64,000 nucleotides of DNA from Eukaryota sp. TZLM1-RC (taxonomy: Eukaryota; Protista; Metamonada: BaSk clade), in contig JAUPSS010000007.1 of NCBI GenBank assembly GCA_040285825.1, forward strand, positions 2,020,689 to 2,084,688. Direction: 5' to 3'. The translations under genes were made by a program, and so were the position numbers. Positions 1-11,683 of this stretch are shown here, piece by piece; the first letter of the stretch is position 1, and every line of letters starts with the position of its first letter. A model generated the notes under the pieces. It was not told the origin of the DNA, searched no databases, and saw only the letters and a program-made list of their open reading frames with translations.

Positions 1-2590
1 TCTCTCTTCTTCCAAAGTTGAGTCACAACAAGCTCGCCATGGCTCCAATGAACTGACTATGGGTAAGCAAAAGAGCAAGCTTGTTATCTTTTTGTTGCAG
101 TTTCATCAGCCTCTAATCTACATTCTCTTGGTAGCTGGTGTTGTTACTGCCTTTTTGGACCCGCCAGATTCTATTGCTATCTTTGGTGTTGTGCTTGTAA
201 ATAGTATTGTTGGCTTCATACAAGAAGTCAAGGCTGCTCAAGCCATTAGTGCACTTGCCAAGAAGATGGTTTCTCTGGTCATGGTGCAACGAAACTCTCA
301 AAAGATTGAAGTTAATGCAACCGAACTTGTTCCTGGTGACATTGTTTATCTCACTGCTGGTGCTAAGGTTCCTGCTGATCTTCGACTGTTGGAAATCCAT
401 GACTTGTATATTGATGAGTCCGCTCTCACAGGTGAATCTGTTCCTTCATCAAAGTTTGTCAAGTCTGTAGATCCCAAATGTGCACTTGGGGACAGAAAGA
501 ATATGGCCTTCTCATCAACTATCATTACTCGTGGCTCTGGTGTCGGTGTGGTAACCAGCATTGGGGATTACACTGAAATTGGTAAGATTAATGATCTGAT
601 CCAACAATCAACTGCTATCAAGACTCCACTCACTGAAAAGATTGAACGATTCGCACATGCTCTGATGTTTGCAATCATTCTGCTCTCCATTGGTACTTTC
701 TTCCTTGCTATGTTTAGAGCCAACATGGAATGGATTGATTCTTTTCATGCTTCTGTTGCCGTAGCTGTTTCTGCCATTCCTGAAGGACTTCCTGCTGCGC
801 TCACCATTACTTTAGCTATTGGTGTCTGGAGAATGGCTAAGAGGAATGCAATCATTAGAGTTTTGCCTGCTGTTGAAACCCTTGGATCAACTTCTGTCAT
901 CTGCTCTGATAAGACTGGAACTCTCACCACTAACCAAATGACTGTCAAGTCTATCTTCGTTGCTGGCCGTACTCACAATGTGTCTGGTATTGGTTATAGT
1001 GCCAATGGTGAAGTGGAAGATATCAATCCTAATGTTATTTCCCTTCTCGAAACTGGTTCTTATTGTAATGATTCAGCCATTATCAAGGATGGTGATAACT
1101 TGAAGTGTACCGGTGATCCTACAGAAGGCTGTCTTTTGGTCGCTGCTCAGAAAGCTGGTATCAAAGCCCATGAACTTGCTAATGCTGAACGTATTGCTGC
1201 CATTCCCTTTGATTCTGATTTGATGTTTATGGCTACGTTGAATACTGCTAAGGAAGGAGGTTTTAAGCTCCACGTTAAGGGAGCTCTCAGTGTACTTGAA
1301 CAACGGTGTTCTCACATCTTGACAAGCGAAGGTATTCGTGAAATCACAAATGAAGATCTTGAGGCACTGCAACTTGAGGCTGACAAGGCTGCCCGTCAAG
1401 GTCTCCGTGTTCTTGCTCACTGTAACAAGGAATATGCTGAAGCTGTGGACCAATTGACCCCTGAAGATGTGCAAGGCCTCACTCTTTTAGGTTTCCAAGC
1501 ACTCTATGACCCTCCTCGCGAATCAGTGATTCAATCCATTGCTGACTGTCGTGGAGCCAAGATTCAAGTTAAGATGCTCACAGGTGATCATAGCGTGACT
1601 GCTCTGTCTATCGCTAAGGAAATTGGCCTTACCCACAAGGATGACACCAATGTGGTCACTGGACCTCAGCTTGAGGAACTCACCGCCGAACAGCTTTCTG
1701 AAATTGTAAAAACAACTCATGTTTTCGCTAGAGTCTCACCTGAAAACAAGCTTCAGATTGTAAAGGCCTTACATGGTCATCAAGAAGTTTGTGCTGTTAC
1801 AGGTGATGGTACAAATGATGCCCCCGCTCTCAAAGCTGCTGATATTGGTGTTGCTATGGGTACTGGAACTGATGTAGCTAAAGAAGCTGCTGATATGGTC
1901 CTTACTGATGATAACTTTTCCACTATTGTTAATGCCGTGAAGGAAGGACGTTCTGTTTTCGCAAACTTGGTCAAGTTTATTCTCTGGACCATTCCTACTA
2001 ATGCTTCTGAATGCTCAGTAATCATCCTTGCCTTGATTTGGGGTCAGGACATTCCTCTTTTGCCCATTCATGTTTTGTACATCAATATGGTTACTGCTCT
2101 CTGTCTTGGTTTGATGCTTGCTTTTGAACCCCCTGAAAGGAAAATCATGAAGAGGAGTCCTAGGCAACGTAATGCTCCCTTGTTTAATAGAACAATGACT
2201 ACCCGTACTCTGTTAGTTACTGCCTATCTTACTGCCTCTGCTTTCCTGGTTTATGAGTATGCTCTTGAAGAGTATGGTAGAGCTGCTGCCAATACTGCTG
2301 TCGTTACTACCTTTGTTATGGTTGAAACTTTCTACTTGTTTGATTGTAGATCTCTCAATAGCTCAATGTTTGCTGTTGGTGTTTTCAAGAACAAGATGGT
2401 TTTAGTTGGTATCTCAGCTCAAATGCTTATCCACATTGCTGTGTTGTATATTCCCTTGATGAATACTTTGTTCAGCACCGAACCAGTTGATTTTACTCTT
2501 TGGTTGATTCCAATTATTGCTGGATTTGGAGTTAATATTCTTGTTGCTCTTCATAAGGCTTATGCAAGGTGTACTCAAGCCAAGATTTAG
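1..2590 (+). CDS. P-type cation-transporting ATPase (type II, bacterial CtpF/PMA1-like); 5' end lies upstream of the window
   Basis: TGES, PEGL, DKTGTLT, KGA, MLTGD and TGDGTND motifs plus C-terminal TM helices. The inverted copy shows that the true start is 58 codons upstream of Met 59, i.e. before base 1. Confidence 0.93.
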   Translation, partial: LSSSKVESQQARHGSNELTMGKQKSKLVIFLLQFHQPLIYILLVAGVVTAFLDPPDSIAIFGVVLVNSIVGFIQEVKAAQAISALAKKMVSLVMVQRNSQKIEVNATELVPGDIVYLTAGAKVPADLRLLEIHDLYIDESALTGESVPSSKFVKSVDPKCALGDRKNMAFSSTIITRGSGVGVVTSIGDYTEIGKINDLIQQSTAIKTPLTEKIERFAHALMFAIILLSIGTFFLAMFRANMEWIDSFHASVAVAVSAIPEGLPAALTITLAIGVWRMAKRNAIIRVLPAVETLGSTSVICSDKTGTLTTNQMTVKSIFVAGRTHNVSGIGYSANGEVEDINPNVISLLETGSYCNDSAIIKDGDNLKCTGDPTEGCLLVAAQKAGIKAHELANAERIAAIPFDSDLMFMATLNTAKEGGFKLHVKGALSVLEQRCSHILTSEGIREITNEDLEALQLEADKAARQGLRVLAHCNKEYAEAVDQLTPEDVQGLTLLGFQALYDPPRESVIQSIADCRGAKIQVKMLTGDHSVTALSIAKEIGLTHKDDTNVVTGPQLEELTAEQLSEIVKTTHVFARVSPENKLQIVKALHGHQEVCAVTGDGTNDAPALKAADIGVAMGTGTDVAKEAADMVLTDDNFSTIVNAVKEGRSVFANLVKFILWTIPTNASECSVIILALIWGQDIPLLPIHVLYINMVTALCLGLMLAFEPPERKIMKRSPRQRNAPLFNRTMTTRTLLVTAYLTASAFLVYEYALEEYGRAAANTAVVTTFVMVETFYLFDCRSLNSSMFAVGVFKNKMVLVGISAQMLIHIAVLYIPLMNTLFSTEPVDFTLWLIPIIAGFGVNILVALHKAYARCTQAKI

Positions 2591-2875
2591 TTTTTTGTTT
2601 TTTGTTTAATAAATGCGGATTTTTGTTAAGTTATCTTGGAGTTGATACTAGAGCAGAAATGAGAAACCATTGCACAAATGAGATGATGCTCGTAATTTAA
2701 GCCTCATAAGTTAAAGTTATTTCCACAATTTGTAGAGTGTAAGAAATAAGAAAGGTTTAGGCCTACAAAATTAACAAATCCAAGAAATTATGGCCTACAA
2801 AAATGAAAAAACTCAGAATTATGAAGGAAAAGGTAGAAACCAAGTGGTCTGGGCTCCACATCTCAATCAATTTAC
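1..2875 (+). repeat. Left arm of near-identical inverted duplication (partner 11684-14556)
   Basis: Base 1 pairs with 14556 and stop 2590 with 11967. Homology continues through the 3' flank to ...ctcaatcaatttac (2875 / 11684). Confidence 0.95.
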
Positions 2876-3544
2876 TCATTAGATTTTGTTAAAGATAATT
2901 GTGCCCAAAAACGTAAATATTTGGTGTACTTTTGGCAATAAGGAGGGAGAACAAAAACCGTACAAAACAATAAAAAATTACAATTTTTCCAAAACCAAAG
3001 TAACGAGAACCAAACATTCCAATTTTGAAGAATTTTCTAAAAGAAGCCGTCCTTCTACTACTATCCTGGGAGAAAATTTTGCACACGTGCAACTGACAGC
3101 TTCACCTGCGAAGTTGTGGAGCAATATGAAGAAATTATTATACTTCGGAACAATGTTTAGCATAATAAATCAAAATTATTGAAAAAAAATAAAGAAGAAC
3201 CAATGCAGATCACAAAAACATGGAAACCAACACTGAAAATCAAAAACCCATTAAAATATTGAGGTCTTAAACTTCAAAATTTTCTTGAATAAAAATGTTT
3301 TGATAATCTACAAAATAGAACGAGTTTGTATAACGTATTCGAGTGTTTTCTCATTTAATTTAATAGATAGTGTTGAATTAAAATCTCTTGAAACCAATGA
3401 GCTTCATCAGAAGTCAAAATTACATCCAATACAACAGTGGGCAATGGAGGGCTCGATCAAAATTTGCTAAAAGAGATGAAAGAATATTTCAACTATATGA
3501 ATCCTTTTTTTGTAAACTATAATTTTGTTGAACTAAAATACTAC

Positions 3545-3640
3545 CTAGTATTCAATATCCTCCAAACAAGCGTCACTATTACTAAACCTATTCACAGCAT
3601 TTCGCTCATATTCTACACCAATAGCTAAAAGAGCTTTAGA
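3545..3640 (-). mobile_element. Short 3'-end fragment of an RLE non-LTR retroelement (CLEDIEF family)
   Basis: SKALLAIGVEYERNAVNRFSNSDACLEDIEY matches the C-terminus of ORF 53184-54188. Confidence 0.8.
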
Positions 3641-3781
3641 ATATATATGGATCCCTGTGGTAATAATCTCACAATAAATAAATAATTTATCAATTGAAAG
3701 AAAACAGAGTTTAATAATGACAAAAAAGACCATAAGAAAAGCTATTAATTAATTTTTATTAATTGAATTATTGTTTTAAAA

Positions 3782-6673
3782 TCACTTTTTTGATACAAAA
3801 CTATGCATTGTGGGTGTAACTTTTCCAGAATTCTTTTCTTCTATTCTGGGCTTCTTGCCATCTTCATCCACTAAAGACAACATCTTTGAAGATCTTTTCT
3901 TTCCACAGTCCATATTCCTCTCTATTTGTCTTAATAATTGTTCAGTCCTTCTCGCAATCTCATTCACAGGCCTAGACCTGATAAACCAATTAAACCTAAA
4001 CTCTGGTCGTGATCGAATTTCTTCGGTGGCATCATCCCAGTTCTCCAGACCATTATTAGCAGCAGCTATTAATAAAGTTCTATCTTCAACTTCAGTAAAT
4101 TTTGGTTTGTAAGACGCTGAATACGTCCCCTTCAACTCTGTACCTTTCCAATCATCTCCAAACGGTGCTATCTTTTTAGTTAATATTACCTCAAAGTTAT
4201 CAGCTCGAATTCTTTTTTCAATAGCCTTGTTTATGGCTTTTTGAATCCTAACTGCTTCTGAGAGTGATTTGAAATTCTTCCAAAAGGCATCATAGAAGAG
4301 CTCAACTTCTTCAAAAGTCTTGGATGACACGTGGTCAGCAACTTCATTCAAATTTTCCCTCAAATGGCCAAATTTTTCCAATCCCTTGACAAACTTATTA
4401 AAATCTGTCCTACTCCAATTTGGAAAACCCTGGTTGAAACATACATTCCATTGCTGCTCGTCATCTTCCGTCCATTCAGGAGGCTCCGTTGACGTAGACA
4501 ACAGCCCATTAGCTAAATCGTGATCATATTTCAACTTGGCATTTCGTTTCTGATCCAAGGCTTCAAATTCTGGTGGGAAAAACTGAAAATCATGGCGCAC
4601 AGTAGCAACAAAAGATGGTAGCTGCTTGGTTGCTTCCCTCCCAGAAGGTTCAGTCCTTCTTCGAGTGAAAGCATCAGGCGCCAGGCTTCTGATTTCATCT
4701 AGAAACTCTGATTCATCAATATCGATTCCTGAAACTTGCGTATAAGAAACTGACGAATCCATAGAGAGATCAAGATTTTCAAGGGTTTTCTGGCAATTTT
4801 CCTTGATTTTAGATGAAATATCTCGAGTCCTTTCCTCTGATTTCGCCAACAGTAAATCAATATCTTCATCAGAAAGCTCGCCTTCCTGATTGAACACTCT
4901 ATCAGCCCCGAACCTTACCATAGCCAGCAGGTCTTTTTTGTTAGTGGACTTCATTTTATCACTAATTCTGCCCTGTTGAATGACCAAAGCATCCAACTGA
5001 AGCTTAAACATTGCTCTTTCTAGAATTTTCTCCTCAACTGTTGCCTCCGAGACGAACCTAAACACCCTGACTGGCCGTTTCTGGCCAATTCTGTGAGCTC
5101 GATCTATTGCTTGAAGGTCAGCCTGGGGATTCCAATCAGAATCATAAAGGACAACAGTGTCAGCTGCTGTCAAATTAATGCCCAAACCACCAGCTCTCGT
5201 CGATAAAAGGAAGACAAATACGTCGCTTCCGTCCTTTTGGAATTCTTCCACGGCTTCTTCTCTTGCACCTGTATCTGTTGACCCATCTAATCGTCTATAA
5301 GAATATGATCGAAGGGAACAAAAATCTTCTAAAATGTCCAAGAGTCGAGTCATTTGGGAAAAGATCAAGACCTTAGACCCTTCTCTTTCCAACTTCAACA
5401 ACAATCTATCTAGTACTCTCAGTTTGCCACAAGAATCCACCAGATGTTCACCCTCTACAAACGGGGGACCTGGCTCAATACCATCAAATAAATAAGGGTG
5501 GTTGCAAGCCTTTTTCAACTGCATCATTACATTCAAAAGACCAATCTTGGATCTCGACTCAGAACCATCTACGCTACGAAGAATATCTGGTAATTCCCGA
5601 GTAATGATTGACTTGTAAATGCCCTTCTGGAGCTGGGTGAGTTGTACATGAACCAAGGTCTCAGTCTTTGGTGGTAGGTCTTCAACATCAGATTTGACTC
5701 GTCGTAAAACAAATGGTTTTAAAATAGAGTGCAAATTTGAAGTTATTTCAGATGATTCAATCTCAGATTCATAATTAAACCATTCCAGAAAAAGTTCAAC
5801 ATCATTAAAGACATCAGGTCTTAAAAAGTTTAGCAAAGACCAAAGCTCCCCTAGGTTGTTCTGCAAAGGGGTTCCTGTGAGCAAGAGTCTTCTCTTGGAA
5901 TGGAACGATCTCAACACTTCTGAAATCTTGCTTTCACATGATTTAAGTCGATGTGCTTCATCCACTGCGAGCAAAACCCAGGGGACCTTCCTAATTGCAG
6001 TTTTCTCTATAGAGCAAACTTCGTAAGTGGTTACCAAGACGTCTAGGTTGGTTCGTTTACCATTAAAATGTTCATGAATAAATTCAGCTCTTTCCTCTTT
6101 TGTTCCAATCAAACCCGCTGCCTTTGCACTTGGCAACCACTTTTTCAGCTCACGCAGCCAATTAGGGAGGGTTGACTTGGGAACAACAATGAGATGAGGT
6201 CCTTTAATTGAGAATTGTTCTTGTAAATATGCAATGAACCCGATAGTTTGAATGGTTTTTCCAAGACCCATTTCATCAGCCAGAATTCCATTAAGGTTAC
6301 AGTGATGAAGCCGGGCCATCCAGGACACCCCTTCGAGTTGGTAAGTACGGAGACTCCCTCCCCTGAGAGGTTTTGGTTGAGCAAAAAGATTGTATGAAGC
6401 GGGAGAGGAAACTGATGAAGGTTCTTCATCGCTGAGCACGCCAGAGACTAAGTATTCGTCATCATTTGTGCGGTTTTTTCTTCGGTGACGGCGGGAGGTA
6501 GGAACTGTGGGAGAAAGTGGACATTCGACATGCTCAGGGGTAAAAGGAACCTCCCTGTCAAATTTAGACACATCATTTAGTGGAACAGGAGCTAATCCTA
6601 GACCACTTTTAACAAAATGAGAATAAGGTTTAAGAACACTTAAAACAAAATCCAGTTCAGCCGAATTGGTCAT
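3782..6673 (-). CDS. ISWI: ISWI-family SNF2 chromatin-remodelling ATPase
   Basis: GILADEMGLGKT, DEAH, TGTPLQNNL, STRAGGLGINL and DSDWNPQADLQAIDRAHRIGQ motifs, with a C-terminal HAND-SANT-SLIDE-like region (GFPNWSRTDF...FRFNWFIRSR). Confidence 0.93.
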   Translation of the reverse strand: MTNSAELDFVLSVLKPYSHFVKSGLGLAPVPLNDVSKFDREVPFTPEHVECPLSPTVPTSRRHRRKNRTNDDEYLVSGVLSDEEPSSVSSPASYNLFAQPKPLRGGSLRTYQLEGVSWMARLHHCNLNGILADEMGLGKTIQTIGFIAYLQEQFSIKGPHLIVVPKSTLPNWLRELKKWLPSAKAAGLIGTKEERAEFIHEHFNGKRTNLDVLVTTYEVCSIEKTAIRKVPWVLLAVDEAHRLKSCESKISEVLRSFHSKRRLLLTGTPLQNNLGELWSLLNFLRPDVFNDVELFLEWFNYESEIESSEITSNLHSILKPFVLRRVKSDVEDLPPKTETLVHVQLTQLQKGIYKSIITRELPDILRSVDGSESRSKIGLLNVMMQLKKACNHPYLFDGIEPGPPFVEGEHLVDSCGKLRVLDRLLLKLEREGSKVLIFSQMTRLLDILEDFCSLRSYSYRRLDGSTDTGAREEAVEEFQKDGSDVFVFLLSTRAGGLGINLTAADTVVLYDSDWNPQADLQAIDRAHRIGQKRPVRVFRFVSEATVEEKILERAMFKLQLDALVIQQGRISDKMKSTNKKDLLAMVRFGADRVFNQEGELSDEDIDLLLAKSEERTRDISSKIKENCQKTLENLDLSMDSSVSYTQVSGIDIDESEFLDEIRSLAPDAFTRRRTEPSGREATKQLPSFVATVRHDFQFFPPEFEALDQKRNAKLKYDHDLANGLLSTSTEPPEWTEDDEQQWNVCFNQGFPNWSRTDFNKFVKGLEKFGHLRENLNEVADHVSSKTFEEVELFYDAFWKNFKSLSEAVRIQKAINKAIEKRIRADNFEVILTKKIAPFGDDWKGTELKGTYSASYKPKFTEVEDRTLLIAAANNGLENWDDATEEIRSRPEFRFNWFIRSRPVNEIARRTEQLLRQIERNMDCGKKRSSKMLSLVDEDGKKPRIEEKNSGKVTPTMHSFVSKK

Positions 6674-6800
6674 GAATGATGAAAGACTTGTAGAGAAATC
6701 TCCAGCGCTGTGGAGTAAAGAGCTCTTGCTTGAGGATTGACAAATAAAATTTCTTGACCTTCAAACACTCCAAAATCCATATCTTGTCCTTGCCTATATT

Positions 6801-8077
6801 ATGGCTAAGCTCCGGCGCTTCCTTCTTCGCTACTATCCTCCAGGAATCATACTTGAATATATCTCTGATGGAGCAATTGTCACTCAAACCATAGATCTGT
6901 TAGATCTTGAAGCTGAGTTTGTTTTCAGTGAATCTCTCACTATAGTTCAAATATTGATGAATTTGTTCTCCGTGTAGTCCACTCCAATCCCACTCTTAGC
7001 TCTAAACTATCAAAAATAAGAGCTTTAATACAACGGCTTCAGTCCAAGCTCTCTGACTCACATAACCATCGTTATTCCTTGCTACGAGTACTAAAAGGTC
7101 ATTTGCTACCCCTCACAAATGTCTGTTTTAACAAGCACGGGACTCATTTTCTGACAGGTAGCCATGATAGAACATGTAAAGTATTTGAATCTGAAACAGG
7201 GGATTTAGTTCACACACTTGAGGGTCATTCCAGCGTTGTCTATGCTGTTGCTTTTAACCTACCATCTGGAGATCTTATCGCCACTGGTTCCTTTGATAAA
7301 ACATGCAAGATATGGAGTAATACCAGTGGAGCTCTCGTACATACTCTTCAAGGCCATACAGCTGAGATTGTGTGTCTTGCATTTTCTTCCATCAACGATT
7401 ATCTAGTTACTGGCTCCATGGACTCAACTGCGAGGCTTTGGGAAGTATCTTCAGGTTCTCAGCTCGCGACACTTTCTGGCCATGCTGCGGAAGTAATTTC
7501 AGTTCAATTCTCTACCAATAGTGATCTTATCATTACTGGTTCGTTTGACGGAACCTGCAGAATTTGGAACCTTTCTGGCGAAACCCTACATGTTCTCAAT
7601 GGACACAAGGGTGAAATTTGCAGAGGATTATTTGATTTTCTGGGTCTTGTTGTTCTGTCTGGTTCCATTGATGGGACGGCCAAGCTGTGGGAGGTTAGTA
7701 CTGGGGTCTGTATTGCTACTTTGCAAGGACATCGGGATGAAGTACTTGACGTCTGTTTTAACTCTACTGGGTCAATGATAGCCACAGGATCAGCTGATGG
7801 TATTGCTCGTATTTTTTCTAGAGATGGGGAGCTGTTGTTTTCTCTTCAAGGACATTCTGATCAAGTTTCAAAGGTGGTTTTTAATCCTCAAGGAACAGTT
7901 CTGGTGTCTGGTTCTAATGATGGCAGTTGTCGTCTATGGTCAGCTCTAACAGGGGAACTCCTGCAAGTTTTACAGGGTCATTCTGATGAGGTTTTCAGTT
8001 GTGCATTCAGTTATGATGGAACTTTTCTTATTTCAGGAAGTAAAGATAACACTTGCAGAGTTTGGGTTTGTGGTTAG
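6801..8077 (+). CDS. DAW1: Dynein assembly factor with WD repeats (ODA16/WDR69), two exons: 6801-6916 and 6946-8077
   Basis: ATG 6801 gives the family N-terminus [20 protein letters not shown]...TIDLLDL. Removing 6917-6945 joins it in frame to ...[12 protein letters not shown]...[29 protein letters not shown] and the WD40 repeats. Confidence 0.9.
6917..6945 (+). other. 29-nt spliceosomal intron in DAW1
   Basis: GTTTGTTTTCAGTGAATCTCTCACTATAG has GT..AG ends and a CTCAC branch-like motif next to the acceptor. Its removal restores the frame and family homology. Confidence 0.82.
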
Positions 8078-8869
8078 TACTGTTTTTGTTTGAATTCTTT
8101 TGCTGTATTATTAGTTAGTTTTATTAAATATCGTTAGTCATTTAGTTTTCTGTAAAAGATCTCTGAAAAACTTTTCAATTCCTAATCAATTTCATCATAC
8201 AAGAGATTATTCGAAGGGATCCAAAGGGTTTTGGATTTTCACTTACAGTTGGTATTTAATTTCCCTTAGCCATTTTACATAATTTTCCAAGCTTTGATAC
8301 AAATAGAACTGTACAGTATTGTCTTGTAACCCCAATTGAATGTCACATCAAGTTTTTGTCGTTTTTGCAGTTTCAGAAAACGTGATCTGTCTCAAATATG
8401 ATGAAGGTTTTACATTCATTGGGAGAATGTTTTGCAAAGTGCAGGGATGCAATATGCGAATCATTAAAGGACTTAGGAATATTAAAAGGAAAATAATCAA
8501 TAATAATGATAATAAACTGCATGACCTTGAATGTAGTTCTCTTGAACTTGCCAACATATCATCAAGTATAGTATATTCTTCTACTAATTGAAATACCTCA
8601 TCAGTGACTGGTAGGAGAACTTTTTTGAGTGATTCTTTTATTCCATTGGCTAATTATACCGAAGATTGCATCCATTTTTTTCGTGCCTTTATGGCATTTC
8701 CTTCCGCATTAAGTCCTTATTTCTCAACAAGGAATAAACTCAGTCCTTCAATTTGATAGAATTCCGGTCTAAGGCTGAATCATTCTGAAATTGATTATTC
8801 CTGAATTAATTAAATTGTTTTAAAATATAAAGATTTTTTTTCTACGAAGAAACAAAACAATTAAAACAC

Positions 8870-9832
8870 CTAAGAAACAAAATTCTCCACGCCAACTCTT
8901 GATGAATCCTTATACAGCTTGGACATCATTAAATTTAAGTATTTGGGAACACTTCTGTACAAAGCAAAACAGATACGATTCTTCCATAAATACCCAGCAA
9001 AATTCTTACCATTTGAACGACAAAGATTATCAAAATCATTGAAAAAATTCAAACCAGACTGACCAATGTTATCAAAAATCGAGAAGGCCAAAGGAACAAA
9101 AGAAAACTTCGAGTAAAAGTTGTTATTTAAATCATTTAATATCGCAGTATATTTGTCTCGTTTTCGAACCTCAGCCTTGTTCAAGTGACCATTAGAACTA
9201 ACTAAGACATCATCACGATAAATTGAAGCAAAGGGATCAACTGTAGTAAAATCATCAACAACTTGAGAGGAATCCACAAAAGGAGCAATTAAATCACCTT
9301 GACGTGAATCAAACAAATTATTATCGCTATAAGGCTTCAACAACGGTTCTACTTTGCAATTAAAATTGTAACAATTAAACATCTCATAGGTCACATCACG
9401 AACAGCACTATGAAGAACTGACCGATATTGAAACAACTTCTTACAACGTACAATATGAAGGAAATTGGCAGACGGTTTTTCGTTACAAATACAAACAGAA
9501 TAATCCAAAAGTCTATTTGGATACAATTCTAATCTCAAACGCAAGTTTTGTTTCCAAGCTTCATTTGTTAAGTGAAGACCAAATGGCCTTGGCTACCGAG
9601 AAATTAAACTAGTGCAATTCTGGATGTCTGATAAAAAGGCAGCAAAGACGGGATTATTACTCTTAGTCACACTAAATCGTTTAGGAAAATCCAGGTCTTC
9701 AAAACCAGTTAAAACAGACTTCTGTAATTTCACAACAGCAAGATGAAGATTAGACAAAGATCTCGAAGTTACAGAAAGCAAACTTGAAGGAAAACACTTA
9801 TTCCACACATCAATAGGTAGTTCTTGCACCAC
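8870..9832 (-). mobile_element. 5'-truncated RLE non-LTR retroelement remnant (ENFVS family)
   Basis: CxC..H..C zinc motif, HSAVRD, EPLL, RQGD, DFTTVDP, K..KY, FVPLAFS and WKNRI; one in-frame stop at about 9593. Confidence 0.82.
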
Positions 9833-9870
9833 GGTTTAAAATATTATTAATTTATTCTAAAAAATACTGT

Positions 9871-10500
9871 CTAGAAATCAATATCTTCAAAACAAGCTTC
9901 CACATATCGAAACCTCACAGTAGCAATGTCTTCGTAATGTGCCCTGAAAGACATCAAAGCCTTCGAAATCATTTCAGGAATTGTTTTGAACATAGTAAAA
10001 ACAATACGATTCAACCAGAAACGGCGATCAAAAAGCGTATTCATTCTTCCTTTTACAAGATTCTTAAAATCATCAATAAAATTCATTGCAGTCTCTCCAA
10101 GACGTCCATACAAAGAAATAGTAAATGGGTAAATTTGGTAATCCACATGGTGGACGTGTTTCAATTCTTTCAAAGGAAATGCATATTTCTTCCGTTTGTA
10201 CAATTCGGAGTCATCAAGAAGGGATACTTCGCATTGTGCATTTTTCAAGGCATTTTACTTCCAAACAGCTACTGTTACAACATCAACAACATTCAAAATG
10301 TCATCAAAACAGGGTACAACAACATCAGCACATCGTTTTCCATAATTTGAATCTCTTAAATTTTCATTTATATCAAAAGACCTCAACAACGGTTCTACAA
10401 ATGATTCAATATGATCAAATTGCACATTGCATGGATTTGATCTCTGACAGCATCCTGCAAAGTTGAACGATAAGAAATAAATCTGTTGCAATTAGATAAA
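9871..10500 (-). mobile_element. 3' fragment of an RLE non-LTR retroelement (FEDIDF family), frameshifted
   Basis: ESFVEPLL..GKRCADVVVP..NVVDVVTV, then K.KKY, YPFTISLYGRLG and WLNRIVF. Confidence 0.82.
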
Positions 10501-10723
10501 TGTGATAAAGTCAATCTTATTTAAATAGTGTTTTATTTTCAGTGCTTGAAATCAGTATTCACTGCCTCCATATCATTGTTGCAACAATAATTGAATTGTT
10601 CTGGAAATGGAATAGACAAAAATGATTTGCAAAAATGACCAATTGGCTATTGAGAATAGAACAGTGATTTCAAATTTTCCACCATTCCATTTTTACAAAA
10701 AGAAAGACCTCCTCTGTGAATAT

Positions 10724-11612
10724 ATGGACTCGGTTCTTCCAAATTCAGTGCAAGATGAAGTTGAACACCAGATGTTACCCACCAAGGTTTATCCATCTAT
10801 ATTCAAAGTACATTTCAATTTGGGAAAAAAACTTATTTCAGCCAGCCGAATCAACGGGGCAACAAATTAGGTCTTCTGATCGGGTTTCCAGCTCCACTGA
10901 AGAGAAGTCTCACTGGATATGGCCGTTTCTTAGTGGTGTAGCCTTAACTCTCGTGCTCGTCTATCTCACTTTGGTTTACCTCTCACCACAACTGAGTCCA
11001 CCAGATACCGATCCTGCCCCAGAGCCTGGGGATTCCACTGATCAGAATTTCGGTTCTCTCAACATCACTACCAATCTTATTGCTTCTCTGGAGCATAAAT
11101 GGATACCAGTAGATGTAATGAACACTGCTTACAAGGTCAGTGCCCTCAGGAATCTTATCGAAAACGTAGTGACTGGCCAAACTATTCAAATGGAGAATGT
11201 TGAACTTGAACAAAGTGGAACATTTACGGTTACTCTTGATGAAGGGTCAGAGATCAAGCTTTATCATATCAAATTTTATCTTGCACATGAAGTAAGAATG
11301 TCTTTTGTTGACATCATTATTAAAGAAACCTATGTGGAGTCAGGTACAACTCTACTTTCTGAATACACAAATTCCCAAAATCATGAAACTGTTTTCCTGC
11401 AGAATGTTACTTCAACACTGGATCAAACTCCACACTTGTTATTTGGTCCTTTTGGTGATCTGAAGATGAACAATGTTGTATTGGATATGGTTCAGACTTC
11501 TGATGAAGCTTATTGGGTTACCAGAGACTTTAATTCAACACTATCTATTAAATTAAATGAGAAAACACTCGATTACGTTATACAAACTCGTTCTATTTTC
11601 CATGATTATTGA
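10724..11612 (+). CDS. Hypothetical single-pass membrane protein, probably with a short 5' intron (10787 or 10808 to 10841)
   Basis: Long ORF with a TM segment (WIWPFLSGVALTLVLVYLTLVYL). ATG 10724 is put in frame by a GT..TTTCAG intron of 34 or 55 nt. The start is uncertain. Confidence 0.55.
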
Positions 11613-11683
11613 ACAATTCTAACTTCTGACATACTTAAGTTCAAGACATCAGTATTTTTTAGGTTTTGAATAAATTTGATTTG

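Noticed and set aside
113-2025. Many short antisense or alternate-frame ORFs inside long genes throughout the window
   Set aside because: Shadows of real coding sequences with no independent evidence.
6674-6780. Possible extra 5' exon of ISWI (ATG 6780 plus a ~38-nt GTTTG..AG intron), which would put the ISWI and DAW1 starts 20 bp apart
   Set aside because: The frame works, but there is no homology support and the branch motif is weak. Needs RNA-seq.
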